Shown here one piece after another: positions 56,091 to 64,000 of a stretch of DNA of 64,000 bases; the first letter of the stretch is position 1, and each line of letters opens with the position of its first letter. This DNA comes from Candidatus Krumholzibacteriia bacterium (lineage in GTDB: Bacteria; Krumholzibacteriota; Krumholzibacteriia; G020349025): assembly GCA_035649275.1 (NCBI GenBank), contig DASRJW010000101.1:39473-103472 (forward strand). Reading direction: 5' to 3'. The notes below the pieces were generated by a model. It saw only the letters and a list, made by a program, of their open reading frames with translations, did not search any database and was not told the DNA's origin. Made by a program: the position numbers and the translations under genes.

Positions 56091-58058
56091 ATGATCGACC
56101 GAGTCTTCACGCACTCGACGGGCATCCAGTCCATCTGCCCGACGTCCACCGGACTGTGGATCGCCCACCAGGGCGGTCTTTCCTTCCTCGATCCCGAAAG
56201 CGGCCGTCAGGCCAAGTGGACCACCGCCGACGGCATCCCCGCCCATCCGGTCCTGCACGTGGCGCAGGAAGGGAGTCGCATCGCCGTGGCCACTCCCAAC
56301 GGCCTGGCCTGGAGCGACGACGCGGCGCGGTTGCTGCAAGACACCTTCGCCGGCGCGCCGCGACCGCGGTGGCAGCGAGCCCTAGCGCACGCCCGCGGCA
56401 CCGGCGCCTATCTGAACGGCATCGCTTTCGTCCACGGCCGACTGCACGCCACCACCGGCGGCGGGCGGATCTACCGGGAGGGGGCCGGCGGTTTCGAACT
56501 CCTAGAACTGCCCTTGCCACAGGCGCGGTTGCTGCATCTCCTGGCCCTCGAGTGCCAGCCGGAGCGCCTGCGCCTCCTGGTGATCTCGAACAACTGCGGC
56601 ATCCTGCTCTTGGCCACGGGCGCGGCCGAGGAACCGTCCCTCTACCAGTGGAGCGAGCAGGAAGGCCTGACCTCGCGCTACGCCACCACCGTGATCCAGG
56701 CGGGCGAGTACGTCGTCGTCGGCGTGCATGGGTGCGCGCACGTGGCACGGAGGCGCGATCTTCTGCAACGCCCGGCCGAACTCCGGCGCTGGGGTCGGAT
56801 CCAGTTCGGCGACCCCCAAGGGCCGGTGGAGCACGGGCGGGTGCATGCGGTCTGCGCCCACGGCGAGCATCTCTATCTCGGCACCGCCACCGGACTGTAC
56901 CGCCTGCCTCTCTCCGACCTCGAGGCTGCCGCCAGCGGGGAGGTGGAGGCAGAGCCGCTCGACGAAGTTCCGGTGCGCCACCTGGCGAGCCATCGTGGCG
57001 AGCTCTGGTGCGTGCAACACAGCAGCCTGTGCCGACTCGTGGAAGGGGCCGGTGCCGCCACGCCGCGCGAGGTGCTCCCGGACGGGGGAGCGAGCGGCCG
57101 CGGCGCGCTGCGCTTCCGTCGTCGCCCCGAGGCCGCCGCTTTCGCGCCACGGATCACCACTTTCTCCCGCCGTTGGCGCAACCTGCCGGAATCGCGCTGG
57201 CGGGCTTCCGCCGCCGAGCCCGAATCAGCGCGCATCGCCTGCCTGGCAGCGACGCCGCGCGGTCTGGCCTGCGGTGGCGATGGCGGTCGCGTCCTCCACT
57301 TCGCCGACGAACACTGGTCCTGCGAGAGCGTGGTGCGGCAGCAGCGCTCCCCCGAGGTCCACGCCCTGGCGCATGATCCCGAGGCCGGCACGCTGTGGTG
57401 CGCCACCCGGCACGGCCTCTTCGGCCGCGACTTCCGCGGGCGCTGGCTGCGCGACCTGGAGTTTCCCGGGCGTGCGGTGCACCAGCTCGTGTCCTGGCAG
57501 GGAATGTTGCTGGCCCTCGGCAGCGCCGGGCTGCACGTGCGTGTGCAAGGCGCCTGGAGCGAGGTGGCGTTTCGCGGCGAGAACCCGTCGTTCTTCCTCG
57601 CCGGTGCCGGTGCCCCCGGGCTCGTCCTCGCCGCCCGGCCCGGGGCGAGCTACTACCTCTGGTCCCCGGCGGCGCCGCGCCCGGAACGCTGGGACCTGGC
57701 CGTGGGGCGTGCGAATTGCTTGGCCTGGGACGGGCTCGAGCGGCTCTGGATCGGCACCGATCATGGACTCGTTCGCTGGCAAGGCAATCGCCTCGAGAGC
57801 TACGCCTGGGAAGGCGAAGCGGAGAACCACATCACCGCGGTGCTGGTCCATGCAGGCAATCTCCACGTGGGGTCGCACGCCGGCGCCTGGGTCGCGGCGA
57901 GCGCCAGTCTGGATCCTGCACGGGGCACCGCGCTCGAGTCCCGCGGCAAGAGGCTAGGACTGCTCGACGGTCTTCCGCACGCTCACGTCACCAGCATGCT
58001 GGTGCACGACGGGCGTGTCTGGGTGGGAACCCAAGGCGGTCTGGCCGCTCTGGCGTGA
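56091..58058 (+). CDS. beta-propeller repeat protein (two-component-regulator-propeller-like), hypothetical
   Basis: repeated ~45-aa units with conserved W/G/hydrophobic pattern (GLWIAHQGGL, GLYRL, TLWCATRHGLFG, RLWIGTDHGLVRW, RVWVGTQGGLAALA). Confidence 0.5.
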   Translation: MIDRVFTHSTGIQSICPTSTGLWIAHQGGLSFLDPESGRQAKWTTADGIPAHPVLHVAQEGSRIAVATPNGLAWSDDAARLLQDTFAGAPRPRWQRALAHARGTGAYLNGIAFVHGRLHATTGGGRIYREGAGGFELLELPLPQARLLHLLALECQPERLRLLVISNNCGILLLATGAAEEPSLYQWSEQEGLTSRYATTVIQAGEYVVVGVHGCAHVARRRDLLQRPAELRRWGRIQFGDPQGPVEHGRVHAVCAHGEHLYLGTATGLYRLPLSDLEAAASGEVEAEPLDEVPVRHLASHRGELWCVQHSSLCRLVEGAGAATPREVLPDGGASGRGALRFRRRPEAAAFAPRITTFSRRWRNLPESRWRASAAEPESARIACLAATPRGLACGGDGGRVLHFADEHWSCESVVRQQRSPEVHALAHDPEAGTLWCATRHGLFGRDFRGRWLRDLEFPGRAVHQLVSWQGMLLALGSAGLHVRVQGAWSEVAFRGENPSFFLAGAGAPGLVLAARPGASYYLWSPAAPRPERWDLAVGRANCLAWDGLERLWIGTDHGLVRWQGNRLESYAWEGEAENHITAVLVHAGNLHVGSHAGAWVAASASLDPARGTALESRGKRLGLLDGLPHAHVTSMLVHDGRVWVGTQGGLAALA

Positions 58059-58101
58059 ACGCGGCGTGGTTTCGCCGCGCCACCAAGAACCCGGGACCTC
58101 G

Positions 58102-59511
58102 ATGCGCACCCTCCTCGGCTTGATACCCGTGGCGATCTTCCTGGGGTTGACGGCCCATCTGTGCTTGCAGGTGGGCCTGCAGCCGGACGACGCCGGCTAC
58201 ACGGCGCTCAGGGTGGCGACCAATTTCCGCAGCGGCGAGGGTCTGGCGTTCAACCCCGGAGAGAAGCGCGATCTGGCCGACAGCCCGATCTGGGTCGGGG
58301 TGCTCTCGCTGCTCTCGTTCTCTTCCCGCGCCCCCTTCTGGGTCATGATCCTCGGCATCTTCCTCGGCGTTGCCGGGCTGCTCAGCGTTCTCGACGGGCC
58401 GCGCGACGCTCTCGTCGGCGCCGGCGCCGCCCTCTTCCTCGCTCTCGATCGGCTCGTGGTGGCGCACACGATTTCCGGTGCCAGCGGACCGCTCGCGGCG
58501 CTCTATTTAGTGCTCTTGATTCCGATCCTGCGCACCGGCAAGGGCGACACGGGCTCGGACCTCGCCCTCGCGGCGTGGGCGGCGCTCGCTGCTTGTGTGC
58601 GCACGGACCTCGTGCTGGTGGCGCTCCCGGTGGCGCTCGGCGCCGGGTTGCGCGAACCGCGGCGCCTGCGGGCCTGGCTGCCCTTGGCCGGCGCCATCGC
58701 CGGGGCCGTGCTGTGCCTCGGTTGGCGCTGGGCGCACTACGGCCAGCATCCTGCCACGTGGGAACCGTGGCCACCCTCGGCTACCAGCTTGTATCGCGCC
58801 GCCAGTCTGGTGCTCGACCTGGTGCTGCGCCGTCCGGTGATGGTCCTCGCTCTCGCCATCTTGGTGTCCGAGTGGCTGCATCGCCGCCTCTGGCTCGGAC
58901 GCCGTCTCGGACTCGCCTGGGGGTTGCTGGCGCTGGCGCTGTTCTCCATGGCGCCCGCGCGCGGCGCGGAAGTGCAGCGCTTGCTCGCGCCCGTCCTTCC
59001 CCTCGGCTACCTGCTCGCCGTCGAAGCGGTGTGGCGCCGGACGCGCACGCGGCCGGCCCTGGTGGCGGCGCTGCTCCTGGTCGTGGCCCAGCCGAGTTGG
59101 ACCGCCGGGGGCCGCACCGCGGCTCCGGAAGTGGACGTCGCTTACGAGCGCATCGGTCGCTGGCTGGGAGCGCATGCGGTGCCCGAAGCCATCGTCGGCG
59201 CTGCCCGTGTCGGCGCCCTCGGTTACCACAGCGGCCTGCGGGTCGAAGACGTGCAAGGACGCATCAGCCCGCGGGTGGCGGCGGCGCGACAGATGACTCC
59301 CACCGGCCCGGACGATACCGACGCGGCCTTCGGCTTCGTCTTCGAGCTGGAGCCGGATCTCCTGGTTCTGCTTCCCGGCGACCCCGTGCCTTCGGCACGC
59401 ACCTACGTGCCGAACGACGATGCGCTCCCTGCAGTCATCCGCGGGCCGTTTCGTCTCTATCGCTGGGCGGGGAGCTCGGTGTGGCAGGGCGCGGCGCGGG
59501 ACGGGGGCTGA
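58102..59511 (+). CDS. polytopic integral membrane protein, possibly GT-C-like glycosyltransferase
   Basis: ATG 58102 MRTLLGLIPVAIFLGL; ~10 TM helices then soluble C-domain; first loop RVATNFRSGEGLAFNPGEKRDLADSPIW. Confidence 0.5.
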   Translation: MRTLLGLIPVAIFLGLTAHLCLQVGLQPDDAGYTALRVATNFRSGEGLAFNPGEKRDLADSPIWVGVLSLLSFSSRAPFWVMILGIFLGVAGLLSVLDGPRDALVGAGAALFLALDRLVVAHTISGASGPLAALYLVLLIPILRTGKGDTGSDLALAAWAALAACVRTDLVLVALPVALGAGLREPRRLRAWLPLAGAIAGAVLCLGWRWAHYGQHPATWEPWPPSATSLYRAASLVLDLVLRRPVMVLALAILVSEWLHRRLWLGRRLGLAWGLLALALFSMAPARGAEVQRLLAPVLPLGYLLAVEAVWRRTRTRPALVAALLLVVAQPSWTAGGRTAAPEVDVAYERIGRWLGAHAVPEAIVGAARVGALGYHSGLRVEDVQGRISPRVAAARQMTPTGPDDTDAAFGFVFELEPDLLVLLPGDPVPSARTYVPNDDALPAVIRGPFRLYRWAGSSVWQGAARDGG

Positions 59512-61149
59512 TCACTGCGACTGGGCGCGGGCGCTGCCGGGCCCATCCTGGCGCGTTGCCGTGCGTGTGCCGGCCGGGGCAGCGGCACCGTTCTCGTAGT
59601 AGCGCTTCCGAGCTCGGGTCACGTGCCGCAGCAGATCACGCTGCTCCCGGCTGTCCATCGCCTTCTGCAGCGTCGACGCCGCGGCGCTGTAGTGCCCCGA
59701 GCCGCCTTGGATCTCCGCCAGGCGCAGGTAAGCGACGTAGCGGAACAAGGACCAGCAACCATCACCCTTCACCTGGGTCAGGCGGGTGAAGTACGGCTCT
59801 GCCGCCTCGGGCCGGTCGCGGAGGAGCTCGAGCTCACCTCGATAGAAATCGAGGGGAGGGCTGCTCTGGTCCTGGAGCCCCGCGAGGGCACTCGCCGCCC
59901 CATCCGGCGCCCCGGCGTACATCGCTTCCAGGTCGCCTTGAAGCGCCAGCAGATTGCGCCGCTCCTGCTCCAGCGGTGCCGGTTCCTGCAGGACGCGGTA
60001 CAGGCGGCTGCGGAGCGGACTCTTCTCCGGCAGCGCCGCCAGGCGGGAACTCGCCACCTCGTCCTCGCCGAGGATTCGGTCCAGATCCACCAGGCTGCGC
60101 AGCACATCCGCTTCCAGCCAATCTGGATCGGTGGGCAAATTGCGGCTCAGGGTCTCGAGTCGCTCCCGGGCCGCTTGCACGCGGCCCGTGAGGAACTCTT
60201 GCAGCCCCAAGTAGAACTGCAAGCGGGCGGCGACGTTGCGCTCCCCCTGCTCGGGGCTGTTGGAAACGACCTGCGCCGTTTCCTCCGTGCGTTGCCTCGT
60301 GGCCTCCATCTCCCGTGGGAACCAGAAGCTCATCGCCGCCACCGGTTCGATGAGGCGGGCGTTGTCCGGGTAGGGCTCCAGCACGGCGTCGAAGTGCATC
60401 CGGGCCTCCTCGAGGCGACCCTCGAAGCCGAAGAGCACCACGGCCAGCAGCGTCTTCGCATCCAGCTCGGTGTAGCCCTGCCGTGCGGCCGCGGCGGCGA
60501 TGTATTCCAGGCCGCGCTCCCGGTGGCCGCCCGGGACGCGCAGGAAGACGCGGGCGAACTTCACCATCCCGGGGAGGATGTCGGCGAAGTAGAGGTAGAC
60601 GCCCTGGACGAGGAGCGCGTCCGGGTTTCCCGGCTCGCCGGCGAGGACGAAGTCCAAGTCGCTCTTTCCCGCCGCCGCCTTCCGGCCCGCGCCCCAGTAC
60701 TCGTTGGAAAGGGCGTGCACCTGGGCCAGGAACATGAAGGCCCAGCCGCGGTAGAGATGTCCCGCCACGGAACCTGGATCCCGTTTCACGATCGCGTCGG
60801 AGGCGGACAGAGCTTGTTCGCAGGCGCGCTTGATCGCGTCCGCCTTGGCGCCGATGGCGTCGCGGTCCTCGTTCTGATCCGGGAGATCGAGGCGCAGGAT
60901 GCGCGCCCGCAAGAGATAGGGCCGCGGATCCTCCGGCACCGCGCGTTCCATGGCGGTGGCGACGCGGTCCGCTTCGCTCGGGCGTCCCTGGTAGATCGCC
61001 TCCATCGCTTCCAGGTACCAGCTGTCCACCTGCGCCTCGAGGGCCGGCGGATGCTGACCCGTGGCCAACCGGTTCTGGGCCACGCTCGCGCCAGGCAACG
61101 AACCGAGGCAGAGTGCCACCAGGAAGACGACGGCAATGCGACGCGACAT
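59512..61149 (-). CDS. secreted TPR-like helical repeat protein
   Basis: signal peptide MSRRIAVVFLVALCLGSLPGASVAQ; all-alpha TPR-like repeats. Confidence 0.55.
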   Translation of the reverse strand: MSRRIAVVFLVALCLGSLPGASVAQNRLATGQHPPALEAQVDSWYLEAMEAIYQGRPSEADRVATAMERAVPEDPRPYLLRARILRLDLPDQNEDRDAIGAKADAIKRACEQALSASDAIVKRDPGSVAGHLYRGWAFMFLAQVHALSNEYWGAGRKAAAGKSDLDFVLAGEPGNPDALLVQGVYLYFADILPGMVKFARVFLRVPGGHRERGLEYIAAAAARQGYTELDAKTLLAVVLFGFEGRLEEARMHFDAVLEPYPDNARLIEPVAAMSFWFPREMEATRQRTEETAQVVSNSPEQGERNVAARLQFYLGLQEFLTGRVQAARERLETLSRNLPTDPDWLEADVLRSLVDLDRILGEDEVASSRLAALPEKSPLRSRLYRVLQEPAPLEQERRNLLALQGDLEAMYAGAPDGAASALAGLQDQSSPPLDFYRGELELLRDRPEAAEPYFTRLTQVKGDGCWSLFRYVAYLRLAEIQGGSGHYSAAASTLQKAMDSREQRDLLRHVTRARKRYYENGAAAPAGTRTATRQDGPGSARAQSQ

Positions 61150-61275
61150 GCTCACCACCTTGGCGGGACCCTGTCATGCTACATGCTGGCAGGGGCAAAA
61201 AAAAGGATGAAGGGTCTCCCCTCCATCCCTTGGAATGCAGCGATGCGAGCGCCGGTTCCGGGCGCCCCGCGCTTC

Positions 61276-63300
61276 TCAGCCGCAGCCGCAGCCGGTGCCG
61301 CAACCTACGCCGCTAGGTGCCTGGACTGCCGTCGCTTCGGTGTGGCCGTTGCCATTCCCATTCCCATTGCCGTTGCCGCCCAGCTTCAGGGTCACTTGCT
61401 GCGGGCGGCGCTGCGGCACCCGGGTGGTCACCGGATCGTCGTACATGGGCAGCGCCAGATCCTTGCCGCTGGCGTAGACGCCGTGCTTGCCGTGCTGCTT
61501 GTACCACTCGGCGGTGGTGGCGTTCATGTGCATGTGCTCCACGATCTGCCGCCAGCCCACGCCGGTGTTGTAGGCACAGAACGAGATCTCCCCTTGCTGC
61601 GTGCCGTAGGGGATGATGCACATCTCGGTGCGGCGGAAATCGTAGTTGAACAGATCTTGGAACCACATGCCGGCCACGAAGAGCACCCGCCAATCGTAGT
61701 CCGGCTGATCGTCGAAGCCCGCGTGACCGCCGGACTGCTTGTCGAATTTCTTGAGGAAATCCTTCAGCGACAGCGGTGCCCGCTGGGCGTCGAAGTTGCG
61801 CAGCAGCGCCAGGGCCAGCTGCGCCTTGGTGAGGGCGCGGCCGCGGTTGGCGTCGGTGATGGTGCGCACGTCGGCGAGGAGGCGCTCCAGGTTGAGGAAT
61901 TCCGACACCGGGACCATCTGCTTGGTCTTGGTGTTCACGAACAGAATGGTGCCGATGCCGCAGTTCGGATGGCAGCCGCACTTGAGCGAACCCCAGTCGG
62001 CCCCGGCCCCCTTCATCAGGTCCACCATGTCGGAGAACGGCCCCAGACCGGAGAGGGGATACCAGTCCACCAGGGGATCGGTGGCGCCGGTCTGGTTCTT
62101 CACGTCGTGGGCCAGGTGCGACAGGGTGTAGCGCATGCGCTCGCGGTCGGCATCGCTGATGTCCTCGTCGCGGCCGGTGAAGCTCACGGGCTGGAAGGAC
62201 ACGACGCTGATCTTGTCGGAGTTCTCGATGGCGAAGTCGATGATGGGTCCCACCTGGTCGTCGTTGATGGTCTTGACGATGGTGACCACGAGGACGACGT
62301 CGATGTCCGCCTTGGCCAGGTTGTCGATGGCCCGCAGCTTGACGTCGAAGAGGTTGCCGATCTTGCGATGGGCGTTGCTGGCGTTGTCGGTGCCGTCGAA
62401 CTGCAGGTACGCCAGGCGCATCCCCGCTTCCCGGGCCCGGTAGGCGAAATCCAGGTCCTGGGCGAAGCGGATGCCATTGGTCGCCGCCTGGATGCTGAAG
62501 TAGCCCACCTTTTTCGCGTAGGCCACGGACTCCAGGAAGATGGGGCTCACCGTGGGCTCGCCACCGGAGAACTGCACTGACATCTGCCGCCGCGGCTGGA
62601 TGGAGAGCGAGTCGTCCAGGATCTTCTGCACGTCGGCGAAGGACAGCTCGTGCACGTAGCCCACCTGGTTGGCGTCCATGAAGCAGGGGTCGCACATCAT
62701 GTTGCAGCGGTTGGTGAGATCGATGGTGAGCACGGCGCCGCGGCCGTACTGGATGGACGAGGTGCCGTGCTGGCGCAACTCCGTGGTCGGCGACTTGAAG
62801 TCCCGGCCCGGGTAGAGGCGTTCGATGCGCGACAGGAACGCCGGGTCGATGGCCATGACGTCCTCGCAACGGCCGTGCTTGGGGCAGTCCTTCACCATCA
62901 GCACCTTGCCGTCGCGCTCGATGACCGTGGCCTTGATCTCGCCTGGATTGCCTTCCACCAGCACCCGCGGCTCGACGCGGTCGGCGAGGATCTCGGCGCG
63001 CACTTCCTTCACGCACTGCGGGCAAAGCGAGTCGGTCTCGCGCGGCCAACCGAGCTTGGGGAAGCTGCGTTCCCAGCTGCGCGGCAACGCTGCGGGCGCC
63101 CAGCGCGGCTGGAAGGGCTTGCCGGGCTTGAGCCGGTTGTTGGCGAATTGAAACACCGGCCACAGTGCTTCGGCGCTCTTGCTCAGAGCTGCGTCCACGG
63201 CTCGCACGACATTCCTCCTTCTTCGGAGCCCGTCGAGCGCCCCTCGTGGGCGACCTCTCGCCGCGGGCGCGACCGGGCTCTCTGCCTCCAATGCCCGCAT
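61276..63300 (-). CDS. radical SAM enzyme with rubredoxin-like Cys4 knuckle, auxiliary Cys cluster and (GN)6 + Cys-rich C-terminal tail; tetraether/membrane-spanning-lipid-synthase-like architecture
   Basis: ATG 63300 (GGAG upstream); CPQC...CPKHGRC, radical SAM CNMMCDPC (Cx3Cx2C) with SGGEP, later CGCHPNC and C...C; ends GNGNGNGNGNGHTEATAVQAPSGVGCGTGCGCG; N-terminal 220 codons of ORF 61276..63960 rejected. Confidence 0.65.
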   Translation of the reverse strand: MRALEAESPVAPAARGRPRGALDGLRRRRNVVRAVDAALSKSAEALWPVFQFANNRLKPGKPFQPRWAPAALPRSWERSFPKLGWPRETDSLCPQCVKEVRAEILADRVEPRVLVEGNPGEIKATVIERDGKVLMVKDCPKHGRCEDVMAIDPAFLSRIERLYPGRDFKSPTTELRQHGTSSIQYGRGAVLTIDLTNRCNMMCDPCFMDANQVGYVHELSFADVQKILDDSLSIQPRRQMSVQFSGGEPTVSPIFLESVAYAKKVGYFSIQAATNGIRFAQDLDFAYRAREAGMRLAYLQFDGTDNASNAHRKIGNLFDVKLRAIDNLAKADIDVVLVVTIVKTINDDQVGPIIDFAIENSDKISVVSFQPVSFTGRDEDISDADRERMRYTLSHLAHDVKNQTGATDPLVDWYPLSGLGPFSDMVDLMKGAGADWGSLKCGCHPNCGIGTILFVNTKTKQMVPVSEFLNLERLLADVRTITDANRGRALTKAQLALALLRNFDAQRAPLSLKDFLKKFDKQSGGHAGFDDQPDYDWRVLFVAGMWFQDLFNYDFRRTEMCIIPYGTQQGEISFCAYNTGVGWRQIVEHMHMNATTAEWYKQHGKHGVYASGKDLALPMYDDPVTTRVPQRRPQQVTLKLGGNGNGNGNGNGHTEATAVQAPSGVGCGTGCGCG
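61345..61380. repeat. hexanucleotide tandem repeat (GGNAAY)6 encoding (Gly-Asn)6
   Basis: gccgttgccattcccattcccattgccgttgccgcc on plus strand inside the radical SAM CDS 3-prime end. Confidence 0.7.
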
Positions 63301-63409
63301 GCTGCCTCGCTCCGTCCCGGGAGTCCATCGCAAAGGCTCCCCAGGCAAGGATTTCCAGCGAACGGTCGGGGCCCGCGGTCGTGTGGTTGAGGCACGGCTC
63401 CGAAAGGGC

Positions 63410-64000
63410 TCAGGGGCGCCCCGAGGCCGCCAGCCAGGCGGCCAAGCGGCGCGCCTGCTGGTCCAGGGCGAAGGCGCGACCGGCGTGCTCCCAGGTCTGC
63501 TGCTTCCAGCGCTGCAGCTCTTCATCGCTGCTGCGGAGCACGCGCGCGAGCACCTGCTGCAAGCCGTTGGCTCCGGCTTGCGGGGACACCAGGAGTGCTT
63601 CCAGACCCGGCGGCCAGATCTCCGGCACGCCGCCGGCGCGGCGCGCCACCGGGACGAGGCCGTGGGCCATGGCTTCCTGCAAGGCGATACCGAGGGGTTC
63701 GCAAAGGGAGGGGAGCACGAACACGTCGGCGGCTTGCAGGAAAGGTCGCACCTCGGATTGGAATCCGGCCCAGGTGAGGCGCGATTCCAGACCGAGCCGC
63801 CGAGCCTGGGCGCGCAGGCTCGCTTCCTCCGTGCCGCTGCCGACGAGGACGAGATGGAAGTCGAAGGCTTCGGCGGCGAGCGCGGCGGCCGCGTCGAGCA
63901 GGTCCCGATGCCCCTTGTCCGCATCGAGACGGCTGGTGCTGACGAGGACGCGCACCGCACCGTGGCTCGAGGCCGGTGCGGTTGCGAGCTCCGTGCCTGG
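63410..64000 (-). CDS. glycosyltransferase (GT1/GT4 C-terminal domain), partial - N-terminus beyond window end
   Basis: ...LVLVGSGTEEASLRAQARRLGLESRLTWAGFQSEVRPFLQAADVFVLPSLCEPLGIALQEAMAHGLPVV typical Glycos_transf_1; frame stays open to position 64000. Confidence 0.6.
   Translation of the reverse strand, partial: PGTELATAPASSHGAVRVLVSTSRLDADKGHRDLLDAAAALAAEAFDFHLVLVGSGTEEASLRAQARRLGLESRLTWAGFQSEVRPFLQAADVFVLPSLCEPLGIALQEAMAHGLVPVARRAGGVPEIWPPGLEALLVSPQAGANGLQQVLARVLRSSDEELQRWKQQTWEHAGRAFALDQQARRLAAWLAASGRP

Noticed and set aside
63301-63960. N-terminal 220 codons of ORF 61276..63960
   Set aside because: The segment is Ser/Arg/Pro-rich and overlaps the glycosyltransferase gene. The radical SAM protein starts at ATG 63300, which has an upstream GGAG.
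1-64000. Mobile elements / prophage / genomic island signals
   Set aside because: There is no transposase, integrase, tRNA-adjacent junction, inverted-repeat-flanked unit or GC-content shift beyond the small AT-richer spacers noted. The window looks like core chromosome.

Overview
This window is a gene-dense, roughly 70% GC bacterial chromosomal segment, probably from a Myxococcota- or Acidobacteriota-like genome. It has no rRNA, tRNA, CRISPR array, transposase or integrase. Many of the long ORFs in the track are antisense or out-of-frame artefacts of the high GC content. In several places the real gene is only the C-terminal part of the listed ORF; those starts were re-set by signal peptide, ribosome-binding site or a conserved N-terminus. 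A few of my position counts in the raw sequence were off by 1 nt from the ORF-track ends, so coordinates below should be read as plus or minus 1.

Recognisable core genes include:
- citrate synthase
- gmd with an rmd-like reductase and a GT4 glycosyltransferase (GDP-D-rhamnose module)
- an AddB-like/AddA-like helicase-nuclease pair (AddA interrupted by an in-frame TAG)
- queE, ispH, a long acyl-CoA dehydrogenase, a PAP2 phosphatase
- a family-4 uracil-DNA glycosylase, a DUF255 thioredoxin-domain protein, a transketolase-family gene
- two OmpA-family proteins (one with TSP3 repeats and a polyQ tail) and many secreted, lipo-, TPR and beta-barrel proteins

Candidates for something new, in order of interest:
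- A 674-aa radical SAM enzyme (61276..63300) with a rubredoxin-like Cys4 knuckle, an auxiliary Cys cluster and a unique (GN)6 plus Cys-rich C-terminal tail. The architecture resembles tetraether/membrane-spanning lipid synthases (Tes/GDGT-MAS/Mss). It sits in a locus with a GT-C-like membrane protein and glycosyltransferases.
- An operon queE / class-III aminotransferase / fused LuxE-LuxC (acyl-protein synthetase plus acyl reductase), which is a plausible fatty acid to aldehyde to amine route.
- A 734-bp repeat-packed convergent intergenic region between ispH and the transketolase gene.
- A probable small RNA with an intrinsic terminator between the PAP2 gene and queE.
- An S9 peptidase homologue whose nucleophile Ser is replaced by Gly.
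- Simple-sequence tracts: a 25-bp x3 tandem repeat, a CAG tract encoding polyQ, and the GN codon repeat.
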